A stretch of DNA of 63,306 nucleotides, the filler included, from Globobulimina sp. (lineage: Eukaryota): the NCBI GenBank assembly GCA_003354225.1. It is 27 parts of 27 records of this genome, joined end to end, with 100 filler letters (N's around TTAATTAATTAA, not from the genome) between each part and the next. Parts side by side here need not be neighbours in the genome. Positions count along the whole stretch, not along the records: positions 11,753 to 14,001 come from PIVH01007887.1; positions 14,102 to 16,350 come from PIVH01007888.1; positions 16,451 to 18,699 come from PIVH01007889.1; positions 18,800 to 21,048 come from PIVH01007890.1; positions 21,149 to 23,397 come from PIVH01007891.1; positions 23,498 to 25,746 come from PIVH01007892.1; 21 more parts are not named here. One strand, written 5' to 3'. The notes beneath the pieces were generated by a model. It searched no databases. It was given only the letters and a program-made list of their open reading frames with translations, and was not told the origin of the DNA. The position numbers were made by a program, and so were the translations under genes. Shown here piece after piece: positions 11,753-23,583 of this stretch (positions are counted from its first letter, which is position 1; each line of letters starts with the position of its first letter).

Positions 11753-13922
11753 GCACAACAACATATTCCGCAGAAACAAATTAAAATCGACCCAACAAAG
11801 CCATGGTTCAAGAAAGCCATATTGCAGTTAATTAGACGCAAACATGCTGCTGCCATATCATCCCATCACTTTCCCAATGACTTGCAAAAGAAAAGACGTG
11901 CAAAACATCTGAAAAAGCGCGTTGAAAAGGAGGTAAAAAACGCTATTTTATCATATTATAAAGACCTTTTTCAAAATTGTACAACACCTAAACAATTTTG
12001 GGATGCAATTAGAAAAGTCACCAAAGGTCCCCGGCAACCTATTCCTCCATTAATTGTTGCAGAAGGCCCTCCGATCACTGATGATGTAGGAAAAGCTAAT
12101 GCTATCGCCGACGCACTGGATAAAAAATGGAATTTACTTGATGGCCCATCTCCTTCAGTCCAAGTCGCCACAGAATTTGAACCTGATTGGCTATGTGATA
12201 CTGACTTTGTCGAGAGAGAAATCTTGAAAATACCATTATCAAAGGCACCGGGCGCAGATTCTATACCAGTGAGACTTTTGCAAGAAGCTGTTAATATCGT
12301 AGCACCTGCAATAACTGCAATCATTAATCGTTGTGTGCGAGAAGGAAAGTTTCCTACAGACTGGAAACATGCCATCATCTGTCCCATTCCTAAATCTGCG
12401 GAATCAACATCTCCAATGGATTACCGACCAATTAGCCTATTGTGCTTTATGGCAAAAATTGCAGAAAAATGGTTATTGTCATTGTTGTTACCATATGTGG
12501 ACCCAAAATTAAGTGACACTCAATTTGGTTTCAGACACGGTCGCTCAACTGAGGATGCATTAGCCTATTTTGAAAAATTGGTGTGTGATGGATTCGAAAA
12601 ATGTAAGAATTCTACTCGAGTATGTACTATATTTTTTGATGTGAAAGCAGCATTTGATACAGTACCATTGTCTAGATTATTAAAATGCTTAGAGAAACAA
12701 TATAAAATACCACCATATTTACTTGCTGTATTGAAATCATTTGTTAGTAAGCGCACCCAATGTGTTAGAGTAGGCTCAGATTTGTCAAGTATTAGAAATG
12801 TACTCAGTCAGTGGTACACCACAAGGTGGTGTAATGTCAGCCGCTCTGTTTGCTGCCTATATTAATTCTGTTTTAACAACAACATTATCTCCATCTGGAA
12901 GGCTTATTGGTTTTGCAGACGATTTAGTATATGTTATGTCCTGTTGTTAATGTGACTTCAGAGGCTGGAATCCGTCGTGACCTCGAAAGTATTGCCACTG
13001 CTTTTGGTGATTTGGGTTTACAACTCAATATCACTAAAACAAAGTGTATGCTTTTTTCGGTGGCGCCCGGTGAACAGCAGTTTTCTTTTGATCCACCACT
13101 TACTATAAATGACAATGTCATTGAATGTGTGACAAGTGTTAAATACCTGGGAGTACACTTAGACAGCCGACTTACATTCGCTTCTCACACCAACAAAAAG
13201 GTGGCCGCGGCTAAGTCGGCACTAGGTGCCCTCCGTAGAACTGTCAAATGTCATCTCCCTTCAGTTATTCGAAGTGTCTATCAGTCAATTGTAAAACCCT
13301 CATTATTATATGCTTGTACAGTGACTTATCCTGTTAATATTAGTGATCGATATAGATTAGAAAGGGTGCAAAGTTATGCAGCCAAACTTGTACTTAACAA
13401 ATTTGATATATCCTACTCAGACATGTTAGCAAACCTTAAGTGGAAACCTATTGTACGTACAGTATGTGAACGACGGTGTATTACTTTTTATAAATATGTT
13501 CATGGACTACGTTTCTTACCATCTGAATGTATTCTTGTCCAAAATAATGTACGTACTACACGGCAAAGTAATTCTTATCATTCTCTGGTTGTTAGGGTAC
13601 CTGGTACAAAACTGACTCGTACTACAAAAACTTGTTTATATGTTTCTAGCTTAATTTGGAACCGTTTAAGTGAGACTGTCGTTAATATTAATGTAATGAA
13701 ATTTATTAGTTTTGTGAAGTCCAAACATTTTTCTGACGAATGTATTAATGTAATAGACTTAAGTAGAGTGTAATGGTGCATATACATACATATACTTAGT
13801 AATGCGTTCTGTGTAAGTGTTCCTCTAGTCAAAGGCTTTACGTATTACCTGCCTTGGCAGTTGTAAAGCCTGGTCTGTATGTACTTGAATATGCGGATAA
13901 AAGTTTAAACAACAACAACAAC
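11753..13922 (+). mobile_element. Non-LTR retrotransposon (LINE, CR1/L2-like group), RT region and 3' end, two frameshifts
   Basis: KAPGADSI, WKHAIICPIPK, DYRPISLL, QFGFR..RSTEDAL, FFDVKAAFDTV, SGTPQGG (after a TCAG duplication at 12804-12811), FADD at 12912-12923, VKYLGV.LD..L.F..H and LERVQ. The element ends in (AAC)5 at 13908-13922. Confidence 0.93.
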
Positions 13923-14343
13923 AATCCACATTGCTTTTCCAGATATTTTGGCTGTTTTCACGATATCCTGTGGGGTAATCACACCACTCAACAATTTGGA
14001 ANNNNNNNNNNNNNNNNNNNNNNNNNNNNNNNNNNNNNNNNNNNNTTAATTAATTAANNNNNNNNNNNNNNNNNNNNNNNNNNNNNNNNNNNNNNNNNNN
14101 NATGGTCGTCACCAATTGTTGAAGAATGGTTACGATTATCCACTGTTCCAGAATATAGGAATGTTTATTATAATCAATATCCACTATCCAAACATCCAAA
14201 TCCAATATCCTTTAATTTTCCAGCTCAATTTTTAGCAAACGCACACGTTGTATTTGGCTATGTTCGATATATTTTCAACAATGAGATATTTCCAACATCT
14301 TTAATTATATTAATTTATATGTATCTGTAAAAATATACATTAT

Positions 14344-14702
14344 TGTACTCATTATGGTTTTACTCGATTTACTCGATTTACTCGATTTACTCGTTTTACA
14401 TCGTTTTACTCGATCGTTTTACTCTGGTTTTACTTTGTCATTTTACTTTTTTTGGAGACCAGTGTAAAACGAGCAAGTAAAACGAGAATCAGTGTAAAAC
14501 CACGTAAATCGAGTAAAACGAAGAATTATATCACAGACGTAAATCGAGTAAATCGACGTAAATCGAGTAAATCGACGTAAAACCACAATGAGTAAATCGA
14601 GTAAAATGAGTAAATCGTGTAAAATGATATGCCTTGGTCGTTTTACGTGGTTTTACGTGGTTTTATGTCGTTTTATGTCGTTTTACGTCGTCGTTTTACG
14701 TG
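14344..14702. repeat. Three blocks of 9-10-bp TTTACTCGA/TTTTACGTCG-type repeats in alternating orientation
   Basis: (TTTACTCGA)n about 14359-14400, reverse-complement (GTAAATCGA)n about 14503-14625, forward-type again about 14637-14702. Confidence 0.85.
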
Positions 14703-15197
14703 AGCTTCTTGTCGTTTCAGTGCAAAATGTCGCCTAGCCTCATTTTTCCGGCGTATTTTCATGATCCAAACATTGTAAACGTTTCTGTATAATATTTTGA
14801 ACATAAACCATATTGCGTTCAAAACCGTGATTTGAACAATCAACAAAACAAAGCTCTGAAAAATGTTCTTGATTTTCAAAGGTATCGACATTGCAAATCA
14901 TCTCAGTAAACACGCGATAATGACTTGGTTTAAATTGTTTACGTGTTTTATATAATATTTCCAACACTTTCTTACAATTACGGCCTAAAATAAATGCTTT
15001 TTGTTTGAAGCCAACTGTGCCAAAAGGTGTATGTTTGACAAAATTTAAATATTTACTATGATAATAATTGCTCCGGAAATGTTAACCGGATTTCTCTCGA
15101 ATTATTTGCTTTGATAAAGTCTTGAAAATATGATATTATTGTTGGACTTTCCATTGTTTCAATTGGAATATAAACACCATCCGATATTTTATGTGTT

Positions 15198-15731
15198 TTA
15201 CTCTCCGCATAATTTGTATTCCCTCTTAATCATTACAATTCTTTTTTTAATTACAGCCATTACATATGACTCAGCTGTAGCTCCCGGATATGTTTCTGTC
15301 TTTGTTTCTTGTTCAATTTCATTAAATGATAAACCTATTTTATGTGCTAAATAATTACAAACAAATAGTTGCGCGAATTCATTGTTGCTCTCTGTAGCAA
15401 CACACATTAACTCCTTGCAATAAAATGGAAATATTCTCATCATTGTAAATGGACAAACCCAAATTGGTTCTCGTTCATCAACATATTTGGCAATGGCGAC
15501 CCATTCAAGTGGTTCTTTCTTTTTCCATTGTTTTTTAAATGCGTATGATATCCATTGAACATTTGATTTTGCGTCTTTTTCAATTAATTTTCTTGGGCGA
15601 GCCTTGCGTAACACGTCCTCATCAAAATAATTAACTTCTTGAGCGGCGCCAGGATTTAATGAAATAGGCACGCCACATATTACATTTTCTATATATGCTT
15701 TCACATTTGACAGCATTGATCTTTGTGCCAT
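15198..15731 (-). CDS. Hypothetical protein, probably frameshifted downstream (pseudogene-like)
   Basis: 177-aa ORF. Coding-like sequence continues in another frame (ESKTHKISDGVYIPIETM...). No family recognised. Confidence 0.35.
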   Translation of the reverse strand: MAQRSMLSNVKAYIENVICGVPISLNPGAAQEVNYFDEDVLRKARPRKLIEKDAKSNVQWISYAFKKQWKKKEPLEWVAIAKYVDEREPIWVCPFTMMRIFPFYCKELMCVATESNNEFAQLFVCNYLAHKIGLSFNEIEQETKTETYPGATAESYVMAVIKKRIVMIKREYKLCGE

Positions 15732-16451
15732 GTTTTAAAATGTTACAAAAAAAACATCAAAATTTTTTTTAGTCCACAATGGTCGCCATGAACATTCAAA
15801 AACGTTTGTTGCTGAATCTGATACAACACCGATACATTCATCATTGGGTATCATCAAAAAAGCATATTCTCATAATTTAATTCATTCATCATTGGGTATC
15901 ATCACATTGATGAGAATATATGCATTTAATGTATTTTATGATGAGAATATATGCATTTTTGATGAGAAAATATGCATTTTTGATGAGAAAATGGATGAAA
16001 ATACAAGCATTGCAATACAAATGTTGCATGACCGTGACTGCGCATTAAGAAGTTCTGATGAAAAATAAATCTCAAAATCTAACAGTGCATATCATCAGGT
16101 TGATTGGACAATTTTTTTTTTTGAAATTGGGTCATTATTTGTGAAGTTATGTCGCAATAAATTATGAGGGAAAATCGCCAAAACAGCTCGATAGAAATAA
16201 GATGTGCAAAAGTTAATGGTTGGCCACGATGATGTTTGTTTGGGTGTGAATATTCACACAATTCCTTTGCTTTAATTCATTATCATTGCCGACTTGTTAG
16301 TGTGTGCCATGTCACACAATTCCTTTGCGTTTATCTCGACATGCCATGACNNNNNNNNNNNNNNNNNNNNNNNNNNNNNNNNNNNNNNNNNNNNTTAATT
16401 AATTAANNNNNNNNNNNNNNNNNNNNNNNNNNNNNNNNNNNNNNNNNNNNC

Positions 16452-16491
<40 letters not shown>

Positions 16492-17145
16492 CTTCGATCA
16501 TATATAAATAAATAGTGAACCTGTCAAGAACACTACTGTATATAAATAAAATTTTACACTAGGTCCTGAGTCTCATCGCAGTTGCAAAAAAGAAAAAATG
16601 TCTTATGGTAGTTGCTTTTAATCATAAAAATGTTTTATATGATTTACAATTTGAATTTCAATTTGAAGGAAATATATTTTATTATTACCACGATTTTTTA
16701 TGTTGACGATTTACAGAACGTTCCACTGTAAACTAGACGTCAGGTTTACCTTCTAAACTTTTACATTTGCGTTTGAACCCATGTAGTATCTCCATTTGCT
16801 TCAGGTTTACACCGACATTTTGTATCTCCATTTCCCAACAAAAATAAAAATACAATTACAAGAATTGTTGAATCAACTCATGTGGTCTGGTATACACAGG
16901 AGAAATATTTTGTCTGGTTTACCGTGGAAACTTCTGTATATTTGTACACAATAATATTAAATAGAAAAAAAAAATGTGAGTTTTTGTGATAAGAATGATT
17001 TTAAGGTTTTCACGAAGTGGGTTAGTCATCGAATGCCGAAACGCAATGACAGTTCGAACAAAAAACAAAAACATTGGAATAAACTCAGAAAGAAAACAAA
17101 AGGCAAACATCAATACAAAAAAGGTATTTTAATTTTGCAATAAAA

Positions 17146-17856
17146 ATGAAAGATTATGATAAGAATCGTTTTAATTTTAATTTAGGTTATGCAGATTTAT
17201 CAGAGTTAGCAAACATTTTTCGCTCAATAGATTCAAATAAATCAAAGAAGAAACCCAAAAATACTAACTCAAGGAATAAATCAAGGAATAAATCGAAGAA
17301 TAAACCTAATTATGAACCAAAGTTAAATCAGTCATCAAATGATAAGTCATCAAATAATTCAAACGTTACTCCGTTTGTTTCGCGCAAAAACAAAAAAAAG
17401 ATTGAAAATAAAGTGAAATCAGGTAAACAATTGAGAGCGTTGCCAAATAGTATTCTAATCCCAAAGTGTTCATATTGTGCTAATAAATTAAGAATAAAAC
17501 GTGGTGATAAATGTTACAGCGGATATGCATCGATATCATGTGATTATTGTGGCAGAGAAGATATTCACGGCGAAGTGTGGCATTGTAACAAATGTGAAAA
17601 TCAATTGCAAAGAAAAGGATTTAATTTATGTAAAACGTGCGGATATTTAATATCACATAAACGACAAAATGAGATTCGTCGTGTTGCGCCACCAACGGAT
17701 GACATGGGATTACTTTTTAACAAATCCACAAGAAATAGAAGTACAACGCTCGATGGATTTACAATTTATAAAAATAATGAGATCAAAAAAACATTGAAAA
17801 TTGGTTTTGGTAAAAATACTAAATTATGTCCGTTTGACTGTGAGTGTTGTTTCTAA
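17146..17856 (+). CDS. Basic protein with Cys-rich ZZ-like zinc finger
   Basis: CSYC...ISCDYCGREDIHGEVWHCNKC...GFNLCKTC pattern in a 236-aa ORF. Confidence 0.6.
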   Translation: MKDYDKNRFNFNLGYADLSELANIFRSIDSNKSKKKPKNTNSRNKSRNKSKNKPNYEPKLNQSSNDKSSNNSNVTPFVSRKNKKKIENKVKSGKQLRALPNSILIPKCSYCANKLRIKRGDKCYSGYASISCDYCGREDIHGEVWHCNKCENQLQRKGFNLCKTCGYLISHKRQNEIRRVAPPTDDMGLLFNKSTRNRSTTLDGFTIYKNNEIKKTLKIGFGKNTKLCPFDCECCF

Positions 17857-17909
17857 AATGCTAAACTGAATTATTATGTTCTTTATGTACAAAAGTTAAC
17901 AAACACAGA

Positions 17910-18601
17910 TCATTGATTTGCATTCTGTGAAGCAAAGATTTGTTTATTTCTGCAAGGTCGACATATCACATATTTTCCAATTGTTATATAACCTAAATAG
18001 TAAATATACAAATATATATTTATATTTTTTAATATAATATAATATTAAATTTATAATATACTAAACTGCCAATGGTTCCCAGAGGAACAGAACAGGCGCA
18101 ACAAATAAAACATTCATTATGATATATTCTATTTTGTTGGTCTTCAGTCCATGAATCTTTAATTTCTCTTTTGCATCCTGCACAAAATAATTTATTTATA
18201 TTATTCATATTATTTATATTATCCATGGCCATTTGCTGTGGCTTTGGTTGTGCTTTTTGTTGTTGTTGTTGTTTTGCAATTGGTTTGGCTTTGAATTCTG
18301 CCTTTTCCTTTGGTTTACATTGAACATTATAATTATCAACAAATTTATCAAATGGATCTTGTTTCTTTTTGGAATAATATGGCCGTGCTACTGGTTGTTC
18401 CATTGCTCGTTTTTTAATTGGTATATTTTTTGCTTCTTGTTTTTCTTCAAATGCATTGTAATTTATATTTGTTTTATCATTAATCACCATTTTTTGTTCC
18501 TTGTTATCCAAAGGTGTTTCTTCAGATTGTTTTGGCAACAAATCCTTGTTATTTGTACTTGATCCATACGTATAATTCTTGCTCGCTCCGAAATTGCCCA
18601 T
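17910..18601 (-). CDS. N-myristoylated LIM-domain protein; intron about 17993-18066
   Basis: MGNFGAS start. CAGC...YHNECFICCACSVPL is completed after a phase-1 intron by YITIGKYVICRPC; stop at 17910. Confidence 0.8.
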
Positions 18602-19454
18602 TACATTTTCATTTGGGTTTGTCTCGAGCTAGTTTGGTCAGTCTTGAAGGCAGTGATGTTATTAAGAACCATCACAACATGTTTTTGGCCGTCAAGATCN
18701 NNNNNNNNNNNNNNNNNNNNNNNNNNNNNNNNNNNNNNNNNNNTTAATTAATTAANNNNNNNNNNNNNNNNNNNNNNNNNNNNNNNNNNNNNNNNNNNNA
18801 CTATCGACTTTCACATCAGACTGTTTTTTATGTACGCTCATGAAAATTCCCATCGTTGTTACACACCACAACTTTACGAATACTGAAAAACATAATTTGA
18901 ACGGCACAGCTGCCTCTCGGGGCAACAATTACGTGAAAGCCTGTATATACAGGCTTTCTCTTTTCCAGAATAATACGACCCACTGGAGTTATGGTCCGCC
19001 CCTGTAAATTCACCTCTAAACCACCATTAAGGGCAAAAAAAACCTCGAAGAGTGCTTTATCGCCCCAACGAGATGGTGATTAGTTATTTTTTTATTCTAT
19101 TATAAGGATAATTTACTTTAGAAAAGCCGTCAAGAAAATTTACGTTTTTCGTAAATCTGCTATTCTGCAGCAGGGAGCGCAATGTCAGTGCTGGTCTTCC
19201 ACGTCAATGATGCAGTGATATGTTGAATTGGTGTGAATATCAATAACCAATACAATAACATGGTAACTATTGCAATTACTTCCACACGAGACGTTTGTAC
19301 ACTTATTTAATCTGAAAGAGACGTTTGCGATTTTCTGAAAGAGGCGTTTGCGACTTTACTTTAAATATTTTCACTAACACACATGTACAGCACTGACAGT
19401 GACAGCAGTCTATAAAATAGATATCTTGAGTTTGTTACACTTTGTTTTGTGTTG

Positions 19455-20546
19455 TTAAGGCTTTAAAATATCAGGATTGCATATCATTGAACCTGAATCA
19501 ATCCAATGCTGCAACGAAGATACTCCGCGGGATCTTATTTCATCGATATCCACACGCATTTGCAATAAATATCGTTGATGTGATTTGAAATATTTATTTT
19601 CCTCTACACATTCAATGTTATTTTTTAAACACAAATTAATTTTTGAAATGTAATATTCTAAACACTGCATAAATATTATAATATCTCCAATATTGTTTTT
19701 TTTTTCGTTTCTATATTTATGAAAAACAATGTTTTTTCCTTAAAAACAAGTGCTTCGATACAATATAAATAAAAACCATCTTAGAAATGGTCGCGATTCG
19801 CACATTATAATGTGTTCAAACAAATATAGTAACTTTAAATATTCTTTATGTCGAATACAAAACAAAAAATATCGATAAACTCTCATAATATGTTTCATAT
19901 TATTTCTTATCAATAAATCATTGTTGTTATTATCATCAATTTTCGTTTCTTCATCACATTTTTCGTGATTTGTGGGATCCATATTATCATTAAAATTGTC
20001 AACAAAAATCATTGTGGGATCCGTCAATAATGTGTTTGCGGTAAGATCGCAATCATTGCATTCATTGATAATGTTTTGAGTGATTTTTTGTGTGAATAAT
20101 AATACGACGTTATTTGAATGATTATTAATTTTGCCCAATGCGTTAAACAATATATTATCGTTTCTATTGTGATGCTGAATACATTGTAATAAATGAGATG
20201 AAAAATGAGAAAATTTTGCAAAATGATAAAGTGAATCAAATGAATGAAATGAATTTTTTTGGACAATAAAATGCTTTGATTCTCCATTTCTATCTAATGA
20301 TTGAATATTTAATATATCTCTATTTAATGCATTATACCATAATTTCCATTTATTTACATCATTATATGTGATCCATTTTGACCATATTTTGCAAGTAACC
20401 ATTATTAATTGCAATTCTGTCAAATTGAGAAAAGTGCACAAATGATACAAAACATCTTCACAAATATTGTTGACAGTAGTGCCAGTTTGCTTGTTTTGTG
20501 CAATATTGATACGAGGAACACTTTGTTGTTTAGTTTGTTGGTTCAT
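19455..20546 (-). CDS. F-box protein interrupted by one in-frame TAA (19740-19742)
   Basis: F-box motif EDVLYHLCTFLNLTELQLIMVTCKIW. The frame stays open past the TAA (GKNIVFHKYRNE...) into ORF 19455..19670. Confidence 0.6.
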
Positions 20547-21552
20547 TGTTCATTAACAGCACTGGCAAGACAGCAAAAAACTGCAATATCTAACATGAAC
20601 AATCTCACCAGTTACTACTAGTAGTAGGCTCACATATTGGTTGAAAGAATCTGAAATCTGAAATCTGAACGAACTTGTTTTTACAACCTGAAATCGTAGA
20701 ACAATGAAAATGAATATAAATATATTTTTATAAATACTAAAATATATAAATGTATACACGCATGCAAACTTCACTTTTTTTTTTATACATATTACAGTAT
20801 ACTTTCCCCGTACTTGGGTTTAGAGATTATCCTTTATATTATCCTCGCACAATACAGAGGAATCTAAAAATCTAAAAAGTAACCTCTAAAAAGTACGGCC
20901 GAACTAATTTAATTGTTTTTAAATTCGTCAAACTGCTCCAGAAATTTAATAGGTCCATCTTTCGACGAAGCACCTTTAAAAGGCAGGGTATCCCTTTTTT
21001 CATTTTGTTGATTATCAGCAAATTTATCATCAGAAAAATATTCATTTTNNNNNNNNNNNNNNNNNNNNNNNNNNNNNNNNNNNNNNNNNNNNTTAATTAA
21101 TTAANNNNNNNNNNNNNNNNNNNNNNNNNNNNNNNNNNNNNNNNNNNNGGGGTAACCTGGGAATTTGCTAAATGACATTCAAGAATTACGCATTTCAATC
21201 GATTTTTCATCATTTTAATTTATTTTATTTCAAGCTTTTTATTTTATTTTATTTATTTTTACAAAGTTTGAAACATGAGACAAACAGCAAGCTACCCGCC
21301 TTGCGGTCATGCAGTACTGTTTGGGTCATTCAATATTTAATATCAAAAAATGCAAAACGATACTGCTCCCCGGCGATTGCGGTCACGCAGATACCGTTTG
21401 CAGTGGTCAGACTCCCAGCAATTGTGGTACTGTCAGCCTCTTTGTTTCACTTAGTGACGACTGCATGATTAAAATGATGATAAAGATGAAAAGTTTTGGT
21501 TAGTTTAAGAATGTTGGAAATGTACAATGCTGTTTTGGTTCGTGTTACGTTT

Positions 21553-22247
21553 TTAATCATCACACAAGTCAATTATTGAATTATTATGATTGGTATTGAT
21601 ATTATTATGATTTCTCAATGTTGGGAGAAATAGATCAATTGATGTGTTTTCCGCTTTTTTTAATTCAACATGAGATTCAGTATAAATTCTAACATCCGTT
21701 GCAAACTGCTCAATTACTGATTCAAACGCATTGCATCCAATAATAAATTCTTTATGATGGTTTTTTCTCTCTTTAAACATTATAAATCGTTCAACATAAT
21801 TTTGGTGAGGTTCATCTATGTTATTTTGTGACAGCAATATTAAACTGTCACCAATTTGAAATGTTAATGTAATATCCGTTGTTAAATGCCATTCCGTTGG
21901 ACATTCTCCTTTGTTTTGTTTATAATTAATTTATAAAACAGCAAAATCATAAAAATTGTAAAACATTTTCTATCCGGATCTGGAATTGTTAAAATTTCAG
22001 AATTCGAATGATTATTAATTCTATGATCACAAATAATGAATATTAAATCTTCCATTTTTTTCCATGGTTTGTGCTTATGACTATTTACTACATCTTTCCA
22101 TTTCCTTTTTTTTCTATTTCGTTTTCGTTTTCTATAACTTTGATTTTTCTCTTCCTCTTTCTCTTCAATCACATCATTAATATCATTAATATCAAGCATT
22201 CCTTTTAAACGGAAATCAACAAACATATAAATTGAAACCCACTCCAA
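21553..22247 (-). pseudogene. Frameshifted hypothetical gene
   Basis: The two ORFs link by a frameshift near 21920 (INYKQNKGECPTEWHLTTDITLTFQIGDSLILLSQ). Confidence 0.35.
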
Positions 22248-22997
22248 TCAAGCATGTAGCATCTTCAATTATTGAAGGCCTGACCCTCCATGATATCGAT
22301 AAATAGTGACCAATTGTTCCACGCAATCAATAAATGCATAGCCGCATTAGTTACATTCCAAAATGTTACTGTTTTATTAATATATTTGTTTAAGCCTCCC
22401 GTAACATATATTAATATTTCTAGCCATCCCGTGAATTGATCTGATTTAAGTCCGTGATGTCTGGCTTCTTGTTCACTGCGGTCCAGACAGTTTGTTTGTC
22501 AAAGATTGATAATCAACAACATGTTCTAAATTTTGGTTCTTTAAGTATTTCACCACTTTATTTTGAAACACAGGTAATGCACTTTCAATATATTCGCGAC
22601 TGTGACCTGCGACCATCTGCCATTAACAGTAACTCAAGCTATCAACTGATTACAGCAAAGTTTTTGCTGCTCACAAATATATAAATATTAAATACAAAAA
22701 CAACAAAGTACAAATTATTAAATTGATTATTATTGTTGTGGTGGTTGCTGTTGTTGTGGTTGTGGTGGATCCACAAATTTAGTTGTCAATGCATTCATTA
22801 TTCTTATTGTATCATAATATCTTTGTCGTTGTAAACTTAATTGTCCATTATTATTATGTAAACTTAATTGTCCAGCTGTATCTGCAATCAATTATGATTT
22901 ACTCTATTTATATCTTTAATTATCAAACTCCGTCTTCTTATTACTTATTTTCCTAGCTGAATTAATTATAGCCTACCTAATACTAATCAACTACTAC

Positions 22998-23164
22998 AAA
23001 ACGTACAAACAACATCTTATTCACTGGCAAGAGGCTAAGCGTGTATTGTAGATCAAACTAATATACACATGGATTGAAATTTTAAATGAACAAAACGTAC
23101 AACCAACATCTTATTCAAGCAAGTGTATTGTAGATCAAAACTAATAAACACATGGATTGAAATT
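22998..23164. repeat. Imperfect tandem duplication (about 75-85 bp, two copies)
   Basis: AAAACGTACAA.CAACATCTTATTCA...GTGTATTGTAGATCAAA.CTAATA.ACACATGGATTGAAATT occurs twice. Confidence 0.8.
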
Positions 23165-23300
23165 AAGGACTGGCTTTAATTTATAATTAGTGGATAATCA
23201 ATTACCCGAAGTGAAAAGGTGAGGGTTTCTACCTTTTGTTAGTTTTGAAATGTTTCATAATCGTGGAATAATTAGTGATAATTAGTGGATAATTTTTAAT

Positions 23301-23397
23301 TACAGTAGTGTTCCCGATAAGAGGTACGCATATTAGTACTAATATATATATATTAGTTACTAATATATTTATATTCTGGAGCACATGTCACGCATTT
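23301..23397 (+). mobile_element. Terminus of Tc1/mariner-pogo-like DNA transposon or MITE (TA|CAGTAG...), copy 1
   Basis: 79 nt identical to 35062-35140 in another contig. Identity starts at (T)TA-CAGTAGTGTTCCCGATAAGAGGTACGC, and both copies lie at contig ends. Confidence 0.75.
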
Positions 23398-23583
23398 NNN
23401 NNNNNNNNNNNNNNNNNNNNNNNNNNNNNNNNNNNNNNNNNTTAATTAATTAANNNNNNNNNNNNNNNNNNNNNNNNNNNNNNNNNNNNNNNNNNNNAAG
23501 CCCTGAGAAAGAAATACAATACAATTAATTTTTGCATACACACAATTCAATGTTTTAATGGATTATAACAATTGTTGCATTTG

